A stretch of DNA of 64,000 bases from Rhynchobatus australiae (taxonomy: Eukaryota): assembly GCA_034780895.1 (NCBI GenBank), contig JAUZTB010000069.1, positions 20,733,509-20,797,508 of the forward strand, in the 5' to 3' direction. Under the pieces are notes generated by a model that saw only the letters and a list, made by a program, of their open reading frames with translations, made no database searches and was not told where the DNA came from. Positions 12,776-27,038 of this stretch are shown here, in pieces. Positions within the stretch are counted from its first letter, which is position 1. Each line of letters opens with the position of its first letter. The translations under genes and the position numbers were made by a program.

Positions 12776-12819
12776 TTTGTCTTTTGATTCTTTAATCATT
12801 TGCCTATATTAAAAAGTAA

Positions 12820-12990
12820 TTCACATGAGCTAATTAGCCACATCTTTGAAACGTGGAAGGAAGTCAAAGCACCCAGCAGAAACTCATGTGGAGAATGTGA
12901 AAAATCCACACAGAGAGCCCCCAAGATCAGGATCGAGCCCAGGCACTTGGAGCTGTGAAAGAGCAGTGCTAACTGCTGCAGCACCGTGCC
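12820..12990 (-). mobile_element. V-SINE 5' half, decayed
   Basis: ggagctgtgaaagagcagtgctaactgctgcagcaccgtgcc is the reverse complement of the SINE head; V-domain remnants follow. Confidence 0.7.
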
Positions 12991-13419
12991 CTCTGTTATG
13001 ACACCTGTTCCGGCACTCTAAATTGTGTCAGAAATACCTGCTAATGTTACACCATCTGGAAGCAACCAGCTTGCTTCGAAGGTTACAGTCGGCAAAAGAT
13101 CCTTTTGGGACCTTACCATGTCCTGAATACTTACAGATCCACAACAGTGATACACAGATACCTACCGGCAATCTGTAATTCATAAATAATCCCTTTAAAT
13201 CATGGCATTGGGTGTCCTTCTCTTTACTAAACAGTTGTTGAGATAATATCTGAGGCAGTGACATCAAAATATCACTGCTGATGCAAGGTCGATGTTGCAC
13301 TGTGATAGATGCATGTTCTGTTCATTCTGCTGGCACTCAGTGCGTACATATCAACTGTCTCACCACTATATCACCCTGGCATGGTCCAGGCCACAAGCTG
13401 GCATACATTGGTGACATTA

Positions 13420-13525
13420 TGGCCAAGTCAATTTGGAATCCAATCTACCAAGTCTCCATGGATCCCATGTGCCTTAATATTCCAGATCAGCCTACTATGA
13501 GGGACCTTGCCGAAAGCTTTACTTT
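13420..13525 (-). mobile_element. Short CR1 RT fragment
   Basis: Reverse complement encodes a SKAFGKVPHSRL...HGIHG-like segment, homologous to 23180-23290. Confidence 0.7.
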
Positions 13526-13689
13526 GTTGAACTTACTCAGGTCTGTTACATGTCACATCACCTGCTAAAATTTGATGAGCAATTCCTGAAGTTGATATGC
13601 AAGGAAGATCTTTCAGCAATTCTACTTGAAGGGATTTTCCTGTCTTTGCATCTTAGTGGTTGTTACCATATTACCTTCTGAATGTCGAA

Positions 13690-14172
13690 GGTTGGGGTGC
13701 AGAAGAGGTTCACCAGAACATTGCCTGGATTAGAGAGTATTATTTATAACACGTTAGACAAACTTGTATTGCTTTTTCTGGAGGACTGGAGGCTGAGGAG
13801 TGACCTGGTGGAAGTATATAAAATTATGAGAAGCACAGACAGGGTAGATAGTGAGAGTTTTTTCTCCCACATAACAAATACTCAAGGGCATGGGTTTTAG
13901 GTGAGAGAGGAAAAGTTGAAAGGAAATTTATGGGGCAAGCTTTTTTTTTCCCCACAGAGAGTGCCAGGTGCCTTGGACGTGCTGCCAGGGGAAGTGGTGG
14001 AACTGGCGATCGCAATGTTTCAGAGGCATTTAGACTGACATGTGAACAGGCAGGGAATTGAGGGATATAGACAACATGCAGGCAGATGTACAGTTTAAAC
14101 TGGCATCATAATCAGCACAGACATTGTAGGCGGAAAGGCCTGTTCCTGTGATGAACTTTTCTATGTTCTATA
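13690..14172 (+). mobile_element. CR1/HER1-type LINE 3' end
   Basis: ORF 13682-13900 has VQKRFTRTLPGLE...RLRSDLVEVYKIMR...TQGHGF; tail ggcctgttcctgtg...tctatgttcta. Confidence 0.9.
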
Positions 14173-14439
14173 AATGTCCAGCAACAAGCATGGGACTCAT
14201 AATGAGGCATTAACGTGTAAACTTGGATGTCTTTGGAGTGGTCACCATACTGAACCCATCTGTGTTTGTTTTATTGCTGTGAAATGAGCACCACACAATC
14301 TATATTCTCTTCTAATGTTTTTAAGTTTACACAACAAGGCCATCCAGTAATACTTTTCCAACAATATTCCTTTTAAGGATGTTTAGAAGTGATAATTTAT
14401 TTCTTCTGTGTCAATCTCTCCACGCCCATCCACGTTGGT

Positions 14440-14740
14440 TAAACAAGAGGGCATATCTCTGCGATCTCACCCACCTATAACTCTCCAAGATACCTGCACT
14501 CCTCTTGGCTCTTACTGATCCTCAGTTTAAGTCACTCCACTTTTGACAGCAGTGCCTTAAACTGCTGAGCCCCAAAGTTCTGGGATTCTCTCCTTCAACC
14601 TGAACACCTCTCTACCTCACTGCATCAAAACACACTTTCAAATCTAAGACCTTTTGTTCCNNNNNNNNNNNNNNNNNNNNNNNNNNNNNNNNNNNNNNNN
14701 NNNNNNTGAAGGTGTAATATAAATACAAATTACTTTTGTT
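14440..14740 (+). mobile_element. L2-type LINE 3' end, decayed
   Basis: gcagtgccttaaactgctgagccccaaagttctgggattctctccttc resembles AFS...PKLWNSLP; tail aaggtgtaatataaatacaa after the gap. Confidence 0.55.
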
Positions 14741-17700
14741 GCCAATGGTTTTTTCCTACTGGGACAATGCTGATGTGGTTAGGCAAGTTCAACGCAATCA
14801 CTTCCACACTGGGCTAGACTGTACTCATCTTCAGCAGGTGGTTCTGTGGCGAACTGCCAGATCGCTGCAGCACGCGGGTCACACCTGCACATTGCAATGT
14901 GGGAATCAGGAATTAGCGGAAGATCAGATGCCAGCACAGGTAAGCGCAGTTAAGTGTTTTTTTACCTTTTGATTTACTTAATTTCCAGCAAAGATATTCT
15001 CAAATGATGTTATTATTCTAAATGTTTTAATATAGTTTTTTTTAAACAGTTTTCAAATGTCTTCAATGGTCTAAAATCATTCTACTACTACCTAAATACC
15101 AGCAGGTATCTGAGCAAGACACCAGGATCCATTACCGGAGGCTTAATTACTGCTCATGGTCTAATCCATGTCAGGGATTGCAGGCTGGATAGAGTAAAAT
15201 CTGGCCCATTATTGTGTTGATCCAGGTCAATTTAAGACCCTAGATAAGGACCTGGCACAAGCTTGTTTCCCATTCAATCAGTAACCTAGTTGGATTATCC
15301 ACAGGGGAAAGGAAATGGATACTATTACACAAATTACCACGTACTGAAGATGAACAAAAGATTATGATTCTTTTCTTTGGAACCTGAGCTGTTCGGGGGA
15401 TTTCTCTGCAACTCTGATGAGGAGATCTTTGACTGTCTTGTAAGATGCAAAGTTGAACTCCTATGAAGAGAAGGGTTGGTTCATAGTCTACAAATTTTGG
15501 TGACTCATTTTGGTTTTCAAGACAACATTGGTGAGTAAAAGCACTCCTAGATCTTCATTGGATGGGGTAATGAATCTGGAGGCCCCAGTGGATGAAAAGG
15601 GAGGGAAGTTATGGTGCTGGATCTTCCTAACCACCTATCTTTTAAGTCGGAAACTTAAACTCTGAAGAGAACAGATATATTGGAAAGACTCTGGTGCCCG
15701 AGGATCACCTGATCTGTAAGGGTAACANNNNNNNNNNNNNNNNNNNNNNNNNNNNNNNNNNNNNNNNNNNNNNNNNNNNNNNNNNNNNNNNNNNNNNNNN
15801 NNNNNNNNNNNNNNNNNNNNNNNNNNNNNNNNNNNNNNNNNNNNNNNNNNNNNNNNNNNNNNNNNNNNCCCGCTCCACCACTGAGTCCATCAGTGCAGTA
15901 CTGGCACACTGAGGAAAGGAGCTTGATGGACTATGCATTCTGGTCCAAGAATAGCAACTCCACTCATTTGAAGGGGATTGTTCACTCTGTGGAATAAAGG
16001 AAGTAAAGGTAATTGATTTACTTCATGTTACTTTAATGTTTTTAATTATTTTATCATTTCAAGGTGATTGTCATTGCATTTAACTTGGACGTTTGAATAA
16101 ATTGTTATTTTTAAAAATTATTTAAATTGATCTGAAGAGTTCCTAAATGTTTCCATCTGCCAGAGACTCTCAAAAAAAGTAGTTTCAAACACATTCGACA
16201 GCAGTAGATTGCCAGTGGTCAGGGTGCACTCCTGCTCAAAGTATAGAATCAGTTTGTTTCCACTCCTCGGGTAAGGGGTGTTAACAAAGTCAGCCCTCCA
16301 AATCGGGAACAAGTTAGTCTGGGCAGGCAGTGAGTTCGGGAAGTACACCAGTCCAGGATGATCCAGCCAGGCATGCTGGTCTCAGTGATCCCTGAATGTT
16401 TCTGCTGATGCTCTGCACACGTCACAAATGTATGCACTTTAACTGAGGTAATAAGTGGAAGAGTCATCAGGCAAACTTTCTTTCCTAACATACAAATGCA
16501 TCGTCGAAACCTATACAGGAAGTTGATTGGATAAAATGCGAGGCATTATTTAATTACAAAACCTTGGCAGGTAAACCAAACTGCCCTGCAAATAGTAACT
16601 ATCTAATAAAAAATTACCTTGCAAAATCTGATGGCTCACATTTTGAAAATGAGAAGTGCAGANNNNNNNNNNNNNNNNNNNNNNNNNNNNNNNNNNNNNN
16701 NNNNNNNNNNNNNNNNNNNNNNNNNNNNNNNNNNNNNNNNNNNNNNNNNNNNNNNNNNNNNNNNNNNNNNNNNNNNNNNNNNNNNNNNNNNNNNNNNNNN
16801 NNNNNNNNNNNNNNNNNNNNNNNNNNNNNNNNNNNNNNNNNNNNNNNNNNNNNNNNNNNNNNNNNNNNNNNNNNNNNNNNNNNNNNNNNNNNNNNNNNNN
16901 NNNNNNNNNNNNNNNNNNNNNNNNNNNNNNNNNNNNNNNNNNNNNNNNNNNNNNNNNNNNNNNNNNNNNNNNNNNNNNNNNNNNNNNNNNNNNNNTGCTA
17001 AACTAGAGCATTTAATGCTACTGAAATAAATGGCACCAGTTATTTCCAATGACAGAAGCCTCTTATTGCATTCCACACTGAATCATCAGGATGAATACTA
17101 TGAATTATAACATTTGTGCTCTTCCCCAGCACCCTAAGTTGTCTGCTTACCTTGCTTCCATTGCTATCTCAGTGGAATCATGCAAAGCACTTTTTGGGCC
17201 AAGCCAGAAGAAGTCTAATGAAGTCATTACAGCTTTGAGACAGTAAAAAATGTTACTTTTACGTTCGTTGTTATAGCCATCGCTGAGAGAATTAATGAGC
17301 ATTGGTCTATGAAAGCCAGCTTACAATTTGATCAATTTACATTACAGGGATTTTAACTTTCTTCCTACACAGCTTATATTCATATTCTTGCTGGGCTGTA
17401 ATTAGTCTTTTCACAACCTGTTTGTAAAAACACAATTGTTCCTGAAACTCATTCAGTGACCTGCTGTTAACTCCTTGAAGACCAACGATTTTACTTTGCA
17501 TTATCCTGGTCCAAAATGCTGAAGGAGAGGACATCTGGTGGTGACAGTGGGGAGGAGCGAGAGGGGATCACCTGGAAGGTGGGGCATCCGCTACTTCAGC
17601 TCCAGGGCACCAAAGGAAAGCCCAAAGAATTTACACAGTGGGTGAAAATATCACCCCCAGTCATTGAGAAAACTTAGCCGTGNNNNNNNNNNNNNNNNNN

Positions 17701-17998
17701 NNNNNNNNNNNNNNNNNNNNNNNNNNNNNNNNNNNNNNNNNNNNNNNNNNNNNNNNNNNNNNNNNNNATATATAGGATTCCAAGTGACTTCTGACAATTC
17801 TTGCCTGCCCACCCAATTTTTTAAATTGGTGGATAGACAAATAAATGGCTTAGATGTACGTAGATGAGGGGCGAGTATCATAGTCATGCTTTGAAGAGGT
17901 TTCCAATTTGCATCTATTTTATGTTTCAGGTGGATGGTGGTTGATTGCAGTAGAGTGTGAGGAAGCCTCAAAAAGTTAGAGTCTGCCTGTAATTGGAA

Positions 17999-18297
17999 TG
18001 GCACGGTGGTGTAGCTGGTAGAGCTGCCACCTCACAGCTCCAGGAACCCGGGTTCAATCCTGATCTCCTGTGCTGTCTGGGTGGAGCTTGGACATTCTCC
18101 ATATAACCAAGAGGGTTTCCTCCAGGTGCTCCGGTTTCCTTCCACATCTCAGAGACATGCAGCTTAGTAGGTTATTTGACCTATGTAAATTGTCCCTGGT
18201 GCATTGGTAAGTGGTAGAGTCTGGGGTACATTGATGGGAATATTGGGAGAATAGAATGGGATTATTGTAAATGGGTGGTTGATGGCTGGTGTGGATC
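17999..18297 (+). mobile_element. V-SINE (HE1-like)
   Basis: Head ggcacggtggtgtagctggtagagctgccacctcacagctccaggaacccgggttcaatcc with A and B boxes, followed by the V-domain. Confidence 0.9.
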
Positions 18298-18304
18298 ACT
18301 GAAA

Positions 18305-18400
18305 CCACTCCAGGTGAAAGGTCTCGACCCAAAATGTCAACTGTCCATTTCCCTCCACAGATGCTGACTGACCTGCCGAGTTCCTCCGGCATCTTGTGTG
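18305..18400 (+). mobile_element. Penelope-like terminal repeat remnant with decayed hammerhead motif
   Basis: caggtgaaaggtctcgacccaaaatgtcaactgtccatttccctccacagatgctgactgacctgccgagttcctcc. Confidence 0.75.
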
Positions 18401-18575
18401 CTCTGCCACATGGCTGTTAGCTTTCCAAAAATGGCACCTCACTCCCTGGCTCCACATTGAAATTTCCCATCAAATAGCTTGAATCTGATATCTTTGTGCT
18501 ATAGACACTAAGTAAGCTCATCACAGAAAGTCAGAGCTTATTACAGGTGAAACAAGAAGCCACTTACGATTCCTG

Positions 18576-19033
18576 CAGGTGATACCCTGGGTTACAACAG
18601 TTTGGGTAATGGAAATTCACCCTCACTGAATTCACAAATCACAAACAAAAAATCTGGGAAACAGAATAAAAATTGCTCTTACAAAATCAGTGTGGGAAAA
18701 AAAAGTAACATTTTTTCAACTTGNNNNNNNNNNNNNNNNNNNNNNNNNNNNNNNNNNNNNNNNNNNNNNNNNNNNNNNNNNNNNNNNNNNNNNNNNNNNN
18801 NNNNNNNNNNNNNNNNNNNNNNNGATAGAGGGACGGAGGGATAGAGGCACAGATGGAGGAGATGGATGGATGGAAGGAGTCAAATAAGCTTGAAATCAGT
18901 GTGGGAAAAAAAAGTAACATTTTTTCAACTTGATTTGTTGGTGCATCTGAGGTCATGTGGCTTCGTATTACAGAAGATTGTGATCGAGACCATTTTTAGG
19001 GAATGCAACCCCCCATAATGCGGGGGTTGCCTG
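18576..19033. mobile_element. Probable Tigger/pogo-like non-autonomous DNA transposon (MITE)
   Basis: Right end gggggttgcctg followed by TA, with a subterminal hairpin gcaaccccc/gggggttgc. Left end caggtgataccctgggttac is a decayed inverted counterpart. Contains a gap. Confidence 0.5.
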
Positions 19034-19799
19034 TATTTATTTCCCTCTGGATTTGTTATCCATGGTTCCTTTAACAATGATATTTACTACTAGTTAACCA
19101 CTCCAATACTAAAAAGTGTAACAAGTATAGCATCCCCCCAGAAACTTCTGGCAATCCTGGCCTATGATTGCACAAAATGGAGAAAGAGCTTTGGGACGGC
19201 ATTCAGAACCTCAGGTCCATTCATGAGGACCAAAGCAAAGTCTGGGTAGAAGGGGTGTACCACCTCCCAGACTGCCCACCCTCACAAGCACAGCCAATCT
19301 CACCTTCTCCTCTGCCTGAGTGGAATTCACCCACTCTACCTCTCAATTCCTCACAATCTTTGATTTGTTAATTTTACAATCCCTTAATCTGACTGGTTAA
19401 GGAGCAATGAGTTTGCTTGTCCTTTGCAACAAGGTCCCAGATGCTCCGTTTCTGTTAATGGGACATTATCAACTGACACTTTCAACAAATTGCAGGGCAG
19501 GTTTTCTTTGTTATTAAACATACAAGGGCGAGTCTGGTTGACAGAAGCTGCTGTTCAGTGCTCTGTTTCAGCAAATTATATTACTTCTCTAATCATGCTA
19601 TCAGCATTTTTGAATTTCAGAGATTTTACAGCCAACGCAAGGCAGTAATTTGGGCCAGGAACTGATGATTCTCTCATGGTTAAAATTTGAGCTTAAAATT
19701 AGAATTTAAAATGATTACACCAAGGACTAGCACATTTTGTTTCACTGGGGAGAGAAATTATCCTTTGTTGTTAATATTAAACATGTGCAAGTCAAAAAG

Positions 19800-19938
19800 C
19801 CAAAAAAACTGCAGAGGCTGGAAATCTGAAATAAAAACGTGGGATGCTGGATAGTTTACATCAGTTCCGATGAAGTGCCATCGACCTGAAACTCCTGACC
19901 AGTTGAGTATTTATAGCAAATCCTGTTTATATTTTCCA
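19800..19938. mobile_element. Penelope-like terminal repeat, inverted pair
   Basis: Minus-strand tail (ctgcagaggctggaaatctgaaataaaaac...gatgctgg) abuts the plus-strand cagttccgatgaagtgccatcgacctgaaac. Confidence 0.65.
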
Positions 19939-22127
19939 CAGAGTGTTGGCTGCTGGCTGTACTCATCTCCACACATTTAGAGTCATTAACTTTATGTGCA
20001 AACAATCAGCTGCTGATACTCTCCAATATGCTTAGGACATTTGAACAATGATGAATTCCTCCCTCATTGGTATGTTTTAATTACCACGAACAATAATATT
20101 CTATAAGGCTGAGATGCAATGACATTGGTCCTTTGAATTGCAAAGATAACAAATGGAATCATCTATGGAATGGTTTAATGAAACTATATCTTCATCGTCC
20201 CTCACCATCCAGGACATGCCTTCTTCTCACAAAATTTTTTAAATTTTTAAATTTTATTTACAGTGTGGTAACATGTCCTTCCGACCCAATGAGTCCACGC
20301 CCCCCCAATTTTAAACCCATATTAACCNNNNNNNNNNNNNNNNNNNNNNNNNNNNNNNNNNNNNNNNNNNNNNNNNNNNNNNNNNNNNNNNNNNNNNNNN
20401 NNNNNNNNNNNNNNNNNNNNNNNNNNNNNNNNNATGATATAAGTCAGTGATAATAAATCTGAATCTGATTCTGAATTGGACAAATTGCTCCCAAATACTT
20501 GGAGTGAAACATAAATTGTAGCACTCGGCTTACCTTAATCACATTTATTGTTATTAAAATAGCAGAAATTCTGGATGAACCAGTTATGTACAAAAGCTAG
20601 AATGAACATTTTTGAAAGGCTGAATAGTGAAGCGATGGTTTAAGGAGACAATGTCCCAGACTAGGCAACCACCATTGAAGCGACTATACTCACATTTGAC
20701 TTTGAAAAACACTGTGTATAACTATTTAGCTTGTCTATGGTGTGCATTCCACTTTTCCTAAAACTGGTTGGAGTTAGGCTTCAGCTCCAGCATATCTCTA
20801 ATGTCGGCGACACTTGACAAAAGATGCATTTCACTGTGTGTTTCGTATGTACGTGTGACTAATAAAGATATCCAAACAAGGAGACTACATCTCAAGTCAA
20901 ACTAAAGAATTCTCACACAGAGCAAATCAGGAAGTAAATAGAATGGATTTTAGCGAACTTTTTAAATATTTAACGCACTAAAGATTGGAATGCAGATGTG
21001 AGAGTAACAGAGAAGCTAAAATATCATAAGCAAAGATTATAAGTAAAAGTAGAATTAATTTTATACGCTTATGAAATACTAAACAGATAAAAGTACTCTT
21101 TTAGAGATAATGAAGTTATTTAACATTTATGATGACTTAGTAACTCATTAAAGATTGATTTAAATTTCATGCGATAAGAAGCCATAATATTCCCAGTGAT
21201 AATATCAGAGAAGTTCAGTTGCCATCGATGGAGAAAGAAACAGAGAAAGTGTTTCAGGTTGATAACCTTCCACCAAAACTGATACCTATTCATAGACATT
21301 GAATAAAATAGCATGTTCTGAAAAGTCATCAACCAAAAACATTGATCCCATTTCTCTCACCACAGAAGTTGTCTGACCTTCTCTGATTTTATTCATGAAA
21401 ATATTACGGCTTACAGTATAGGGTTGGTTATGCAGATAAAGCAGGGGTGTAAGAAACTTGACAACTCTTTCAGAAGAGGCACAATGGGTTGAATTCTGTG
21501 CTGCGCAACTTGATCTCATGGTGTAATATCAGTATGTTGGTGAATGATAAACTGGTAAACTAAAGAATAAATACATTTTTACTTGTAAAATGGTGGGCCG
21601 AAGGGCCCGTCTTGTGCTGTATTGTTAAATTGATCAAAATTACAATTGAATACTGCTGCTAATGTGAATTTTAGAAATTCCAATCTTCATTCTTCAGCAC
21701 ATTAATCTTGTGAGAGAATATTGAACTGAAATTTTTTAGCAAAATATCTCAACAGATTCCTTCCTAATAATACCACTGACAAGTGGTTCCAAAGTAAGGA
21801 GAGCTGGAGCTTCTTTATTCCCCCCAGAGGTAAATTCGCTCAAGTACAGTGTACTTCTTTGCTGTGACACTCCACAATGTGACTCTGAAGGATGTTTAAT
21901 AAGTTTCATTCTGCACGTGAAAGTCAAATACCAAGAGGCTTGGCTATCTGCATTTGCAAAATGACCACTTCAAACAGTGCTCAGTTTAGAAATAAGCAGA
22001 CTTGTTTCACAAATTAAAATATGAATTGTCATCCAACTTGAGCATGTTGAAGTACAATCTGTAAGTCATGGTTAAAAACAATGATATTTGCCTAAGAGTG
22101 AGGTTTGGCAACTTGAATCTTCTCTGT

Positions 22128-23430
22128 TAGATTCATAGATTTATAGAGTTATACAGCATGGAAATGGATCCTTCAGTCCAACTCATCCATGCTGACCAAG
22201 ATATCAATCTATGCAAATCCCATTGCCTGGATTTGGCCCATCCAGCTCTAAACCTTTCCCATGTACCTGTCCAAATATATTTTAAACACNNNAATTGTAC
22301 CTGCCGTTACCTCTTCTCTAGCATTCCTTCCTGTTATTCACCTCCCTCTGCGTGAGAAAATTACCCCTCAGATCTCCTTTAAGTTTGTCCACTCTCACTT
22401 TAAACCCGTGTCCTCTAGTTCTGGACTCCCCTGCCCTGGGGAGAAAAGATTATGTCCATCTATCCTATGCCTGCACCTCATAACTTTATGACCATCCATC
22501 AGGTCACCCCCGAGTCTCCTACGCTCCAATGAGAATAAACCCAGGCTATCCAATCTTTCCTTATAACTATAGTCTCCATTCCAGACAACATCCCAGTGAA
22601 TCTCTTCTGTACTCTCTCTATTGCTACTGCATCCTTCCTGCCGTGTGGTGACCAGAACTACACACAATGTTTTGTTAAGCTGCAACATGACATCTTAACT
22701 CTTTTACTGAATGCCTTGGCTTATGAAGGCAAACTGATCAAATACCTTTTTTACCACTCTATCCAGCTGTGTCACCACTTTCAGGGAGCAATGGACTTGC
22801 ATCTCGAGGTATTCCTTCATATCAATGCTCCTAAGGTCCCTGCCATTCGCTCGATATGTCCTACCAGAATTTGACTTCCCAATGAGCATCACCTCACACT
22901 TGTCTGGATTAGATTCCATCTTCCACCACTCAGCCCAACTCTCCAGCTGATCTATGTCCCACTGTATCCTTTGTTAAGCTTCTTTCTCCGATTCCACCAA
23001 TTTTCATGTCATCTGAAAACTTATTAATCAGACCATCTACCTTCTCATCCAAGTCATTTATAAATATTACAAACTACATAGGTCTCAGCACTGATCCCTG
23101 TGGTACACTGCTTGTTATGGGCTTACAGTCAAAAAAAAATTACACCCATTCACCACTAGCCTTTCCCTCCAATCACCAAGCCAATTTTGGATCCAGTTTG
23201 CCAACACACCTTGGATCCCTTGTGACTTAACCCTCCTGATCAGCTTACCATGTACGACCTCATCAAAAGCCTTACTAAAGTCCATGTAAACCACATCGAC
23301 CGCTCTGCCTTCATCAATTTTCTTAGTTACCTCCTCAAAAAACTCAGTCAGATTTGTGAGACATGACCTCCTCCGTACAAAATCGTGCTGACTCCTCCTA
23401 ATCAGTCCCTGCCCTTCCAACTGGACATAA
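22128..23430 (-). mobile_element. CR1/HER1-type LINE, 1.3 kb 5'-truncated RT pseudo-ORF
   Basis: ORF 23115-23504 has SQHDFVRRRSCLTNLTEFFEEVTKKIDEGRAVDVVYMDFSKAFD...WIQNWL. ORFs 22704-22919 and 22395-22688 continue the RT C-terminus (LGLFSLERRRLGGDL). Tail at about 22130. Confidence 0.95.
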
Positions 23431-25509
23431 GCAGGTAAGGAGCAAGCTTTTGGGACTGGTCCTGGAGACTGAAGAGTCCCGATGGACATTGAATGAAGCA
23501 GCATGTTGAAGGTTTCCTAGCCACTGCTAACACATTTGGTAATCAATGAATTAATTCATAAAACAAACCTACTGTAAATGTGTTGCAGGCTGGTAGTCTT
23601 GCACATTGTATTTTGCATGATGCCAGGGGCATATTTGTGTAACTTTAACTGCCAAGACTATCATGGCAGGGATCCAGAAACCAACAGATGGTGCATCTTT
23701 TTGACTCACCAGTTAAACAGAAAGAATAGTGAAGCATGGCAGAATCACACATACTTATCCCTTGTTAATGGAGCACTCTGTGTAATGCATTCATCATAAT
23801 ATTTAATTACAGAGTCGTGTACAAAAACCGTTGNNNNNNNNNNNNNNNNNNNNNNNNNNNNNNNNNNNNNNNNNNNNNNNNNNNNNNNNNNNNNNNNNNN
23901 NNNNNNNNNNNNNNNNNNNNNNNNNNNNNNNNNAGAGTCGTTTACAATCACGTTTGAGAACTGACCAATTTTTGATTTTTGTGAATGGGTATAACAGCAG
24001 AGATTGTTTTTTGCTTTGTACCTTTGAAATTAAGTACCTGAGGCAAAAGGAAATGTTTAGTGTCAGCCCAGAAGGGGAGTCTCTGAAATACAGTGCAGGT
24101 GTAGCTTGCAGGGAAGCTGGAAGGGCAAACAGATCAGCCAGAACAATCGATTCCAGGGTGACATTCAGGCTCCAGACTGGAAAACCCGAGAAATATGCTT
24201 TCAAAATTCCCTTCCTTGAGAATTTACAGGAGTCTTGCTCATAGACCACAGGCTGCAGCTTCTGCTTTTCCAACAATTTTAATGAACACGAGTTGAATGA
24301 AGGGCAATGATTCTGTGATTTCCCAACCCATACCCCCTCTGGGTGTTGCTTCACACAGGGAGTGGCCCTTAAATACCAGTTGTTGATGAAACAGTGATTC
24401 ATGCAAGAAGGCCAGTAATTAAAAACATTTTCTGTACAGCCCCATGCTTTTAGGTGAAGGAGAAACCGCTGGCCTTGATTCACTGCACGTACTGTTGTTT
24501 ACCGGCTTAATACCCACCATATTCTCCCTTTACTGTTAATGAACATCACTAACTTTTCTGAGCTAAATAAAACCAGAACAGCAAAGTGTGTTATTAAATA
24601 TTTGGATGCTGTTTTACTATACTCCACAAGATCTGCTCCACAGACCTGTGATCTGTCTGTGGATGTGACTCACACCCTCCTCTTCACATACAAAAGCACA
24701 CCTTCAAATTAAATGCTAGATTGTGAATGTGAAACATTACTATGAGGGAACATCGCACTAATTGTACAAAAGCCTGAGGCTTTTCCAACTGGCTTTCACG
24801 TGAAGGTTCTCACCCACTGTCTGAGTGAGGTGGTAATTCTGTGGGAGGGAGTCAAAATAGAAAGGTGAGTTTATTGGTTTTGGTCTTTTGGATGATTACT
24901 GGCACATCCGGATGAGGGTGAGGAACATTTAAGGTAAATGCACTCTGAGGTGCAACCTGATTTAACTAAGAATGCAATTACTGTACTATGACAGTGGTTG
25001 CTGCAAAGCAGGTTCAGAGAGGAACAGCTGTAATTTAAGTGCCATGAAAAGAAGGTATAATTGCACATGAGGGCTAATTGACTTCAGCCAATGCAAAGAA
25101 GAACAATAAAGACAGGTCCCAGAGACAATTCCTATACATGTCAACAAAGTGCCTTGGGTAGGAAGATGAAAATTGGGTGGGATTCCCAATCCTAATTTCT
25201 ATCAGCAATTCCAGCTGTCAGTGGACTGGGTGAAGACATTGAGAAAGTCAACAATGGGTTTTCTCATGGGTCCTGCTTCATGTTAGAATATGACCATTCA
25301 CTCTGAACATTCCCACGTGAATTAAGGTGACTTTGCAGTCCTACAGCAGGACTTCAAAACTATAGCTTGTCAAGAAACTACATGACCTTGCACGAGGAAA
25401 GAAAACGAAAAGTGACCGAAAGTTCTTGTGGTCAATTTTTTTAAAAATGCAGGTACTTGAACTTGTTAGCCTGAATAATATTTGTTTTGTCCATCCTTCA
25501 TGTACCTTT

Positions 25510-25610
25510 GGAGCAACAAAGAAGATGCTGGAAGAACTCAGTGGGTCAGGCAGTATCTGTCGAGGGAAATGGACGTAGGCATTTCAGGCTGAGATCCTTC
25601 ATCTAGATTG
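25510..25610 (-). mobile_element. Penelope-like terminal repeat remnant
   Basis: Minus strand ctagatgaaggatctcagcctgaaatg...ccatttccctcgacagatactgcctgacccactgagttcttccagcat. Confidence 0.75.
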
Positions 25611-26624
25611 TGTCTCCTTCATGGACCCATAATTGACAAAACATTTTATGAACTCCTTTTACCCTCCACTTGTTTTAATCCAATCATGTTCTTTTTAATG
25701 CCTCTCACTCACTATTTTCTGTTGTTTCTTTAGTTGGCAACTTTTGTTCCCAACATTTTGTTCCCTCTTTTTCGTCAGGTACAAGTCCTTCAAGGACTCA
25801 CAAAAGCCTCAACTCCTGAAGTATGAACCTAGCAAGACTGTAAGCTTGGCAGGCAATTCAAGAGTGAGGACCATTAGCACTGAACCTGGTCCTGTTCTCC
25901 CCTGATCCAATGTCCTTTCCACAAAAGAACAATGAGATCTAATGAGGTATACAAAGAATTTGAAGGCCCATTGAGTTTGGCATCTCGTGAGATATGACCT
26001 CCCTAAGAAATGAATTTGGAACCCTAAAACGGGTTGCTGGGCTCAAAATAATAAGNNNNNNNNNNNNNNNNNNNNNNNNNNNNNNNNNNNNNNNNNNNNN
26101 NNNNNNNNNNNNNNNNNNNNNNNNNNNNNNNNNNNNNNNNNNNNNNNNNNNNNNNNNNNNNNNNNNNNNNNNNNNNNNNNNNNNNNNNNNNNNNNNNNNN
26201 NNNNNNNNNNNNNNNNNNNNNNNNNNNNNNNNNNNNNNNNNNNNNNNNNNNNNNNNNNNNNNNNNNNNNNNNNNNNNNNNNNNNNNNNNNNNNNNNNNNN
26301 NNNNNNNNNNNNNNNNNNNNNNNNNNNNNNNNNNNNNNNNNNNNNNNNNNNNNNNNNNNNNNNNNNNNNNNNNNNNNNNNNNNNNNNNNNNNNNNNNNNN
26401 NNNNNNNNNNNNNNNNNNNNNNNNNNNNNNNNNNNNNNNNNNNNNNNNNNNNNNNNNNNNNNNNNNNNNNNNNNNNNNNNNNNNNNNNNNNNNNNNNNNN
26501 NNNNNNNNNNNNNNNNNTTATTCTGGTCCTTTGACATCTCTCATTTTGAATGGCTTCAATATTTATCTCATGAACTGTGGATCCAAACATGCTCTTTAAT
26601 AGATCAATGTATTGTCAAATTCCT

Positions 26625-27038
26625 TACCTACCTATGAAAAAAAAGAGGTTGAGCAAATTGGGACCTTTTTCATTGGAGCATGGGAGAATGAGGAAAGATC
26701 TTATAGAGGCATATAAAATTATGAGGGGCATAGATAGGGTGAATGTGCACAGTCTTTTTCCCAGGGTTCAGGAATCAAAAACTAGAGGGCATGGGTTTAA
26801 GGTGAGAGAGAGAGGTTTAAGAGGAACCTGAGGGGCAAACTCTTCACCCAGCAAGCGGTCAGTATATGGAATGAGCTGCCAGAGGAAGTGATTGAGGCAG
26901 ATACATGGATAGGAAATGTTTAGAAGAATATGAGCCTAGCTCAGTGGGCAAATGGGACTAGCTTCGATGGGAACCATGGTCAGCATGGACCAGTTGGGCT
27001 GAAGGGCCCACCTCTGTGCGATATGACTCTATAATTCT
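26625..27038 (+). mobile_element. CR1/HER1-type LINE 3' end
   Basis: RLSKLGPFSLEHGRMRKDLIEAYKIMRGIDRV...KTRGHGFKV; tail gggctgaagggcc...atatgactctat. Confidence 0.9.

Noticed and set aside
17999-18070. tRNA-like sequences with A and B boxes (also about 6590-6655 and 60028-60070)
   Set aside because: They are SINE heads that run straight into the V-domain, not standalone tRNA genes.
18684-18931. 40-bp exact direct repeat (aaatcagtgtgggaaaaaaaagtaacattttttcaacttg) around a purine-rich tract
   Set aside because: It spans a 100-N gap and cannot be told apart from a misassembly or haplotype overlap. With only two copies it is not CRISPR-like.
23803-24483. 226-aa minus-strand ORF
   Set aside because: It includes a gap and has no recognisable motifs or ASTN2 similarity.
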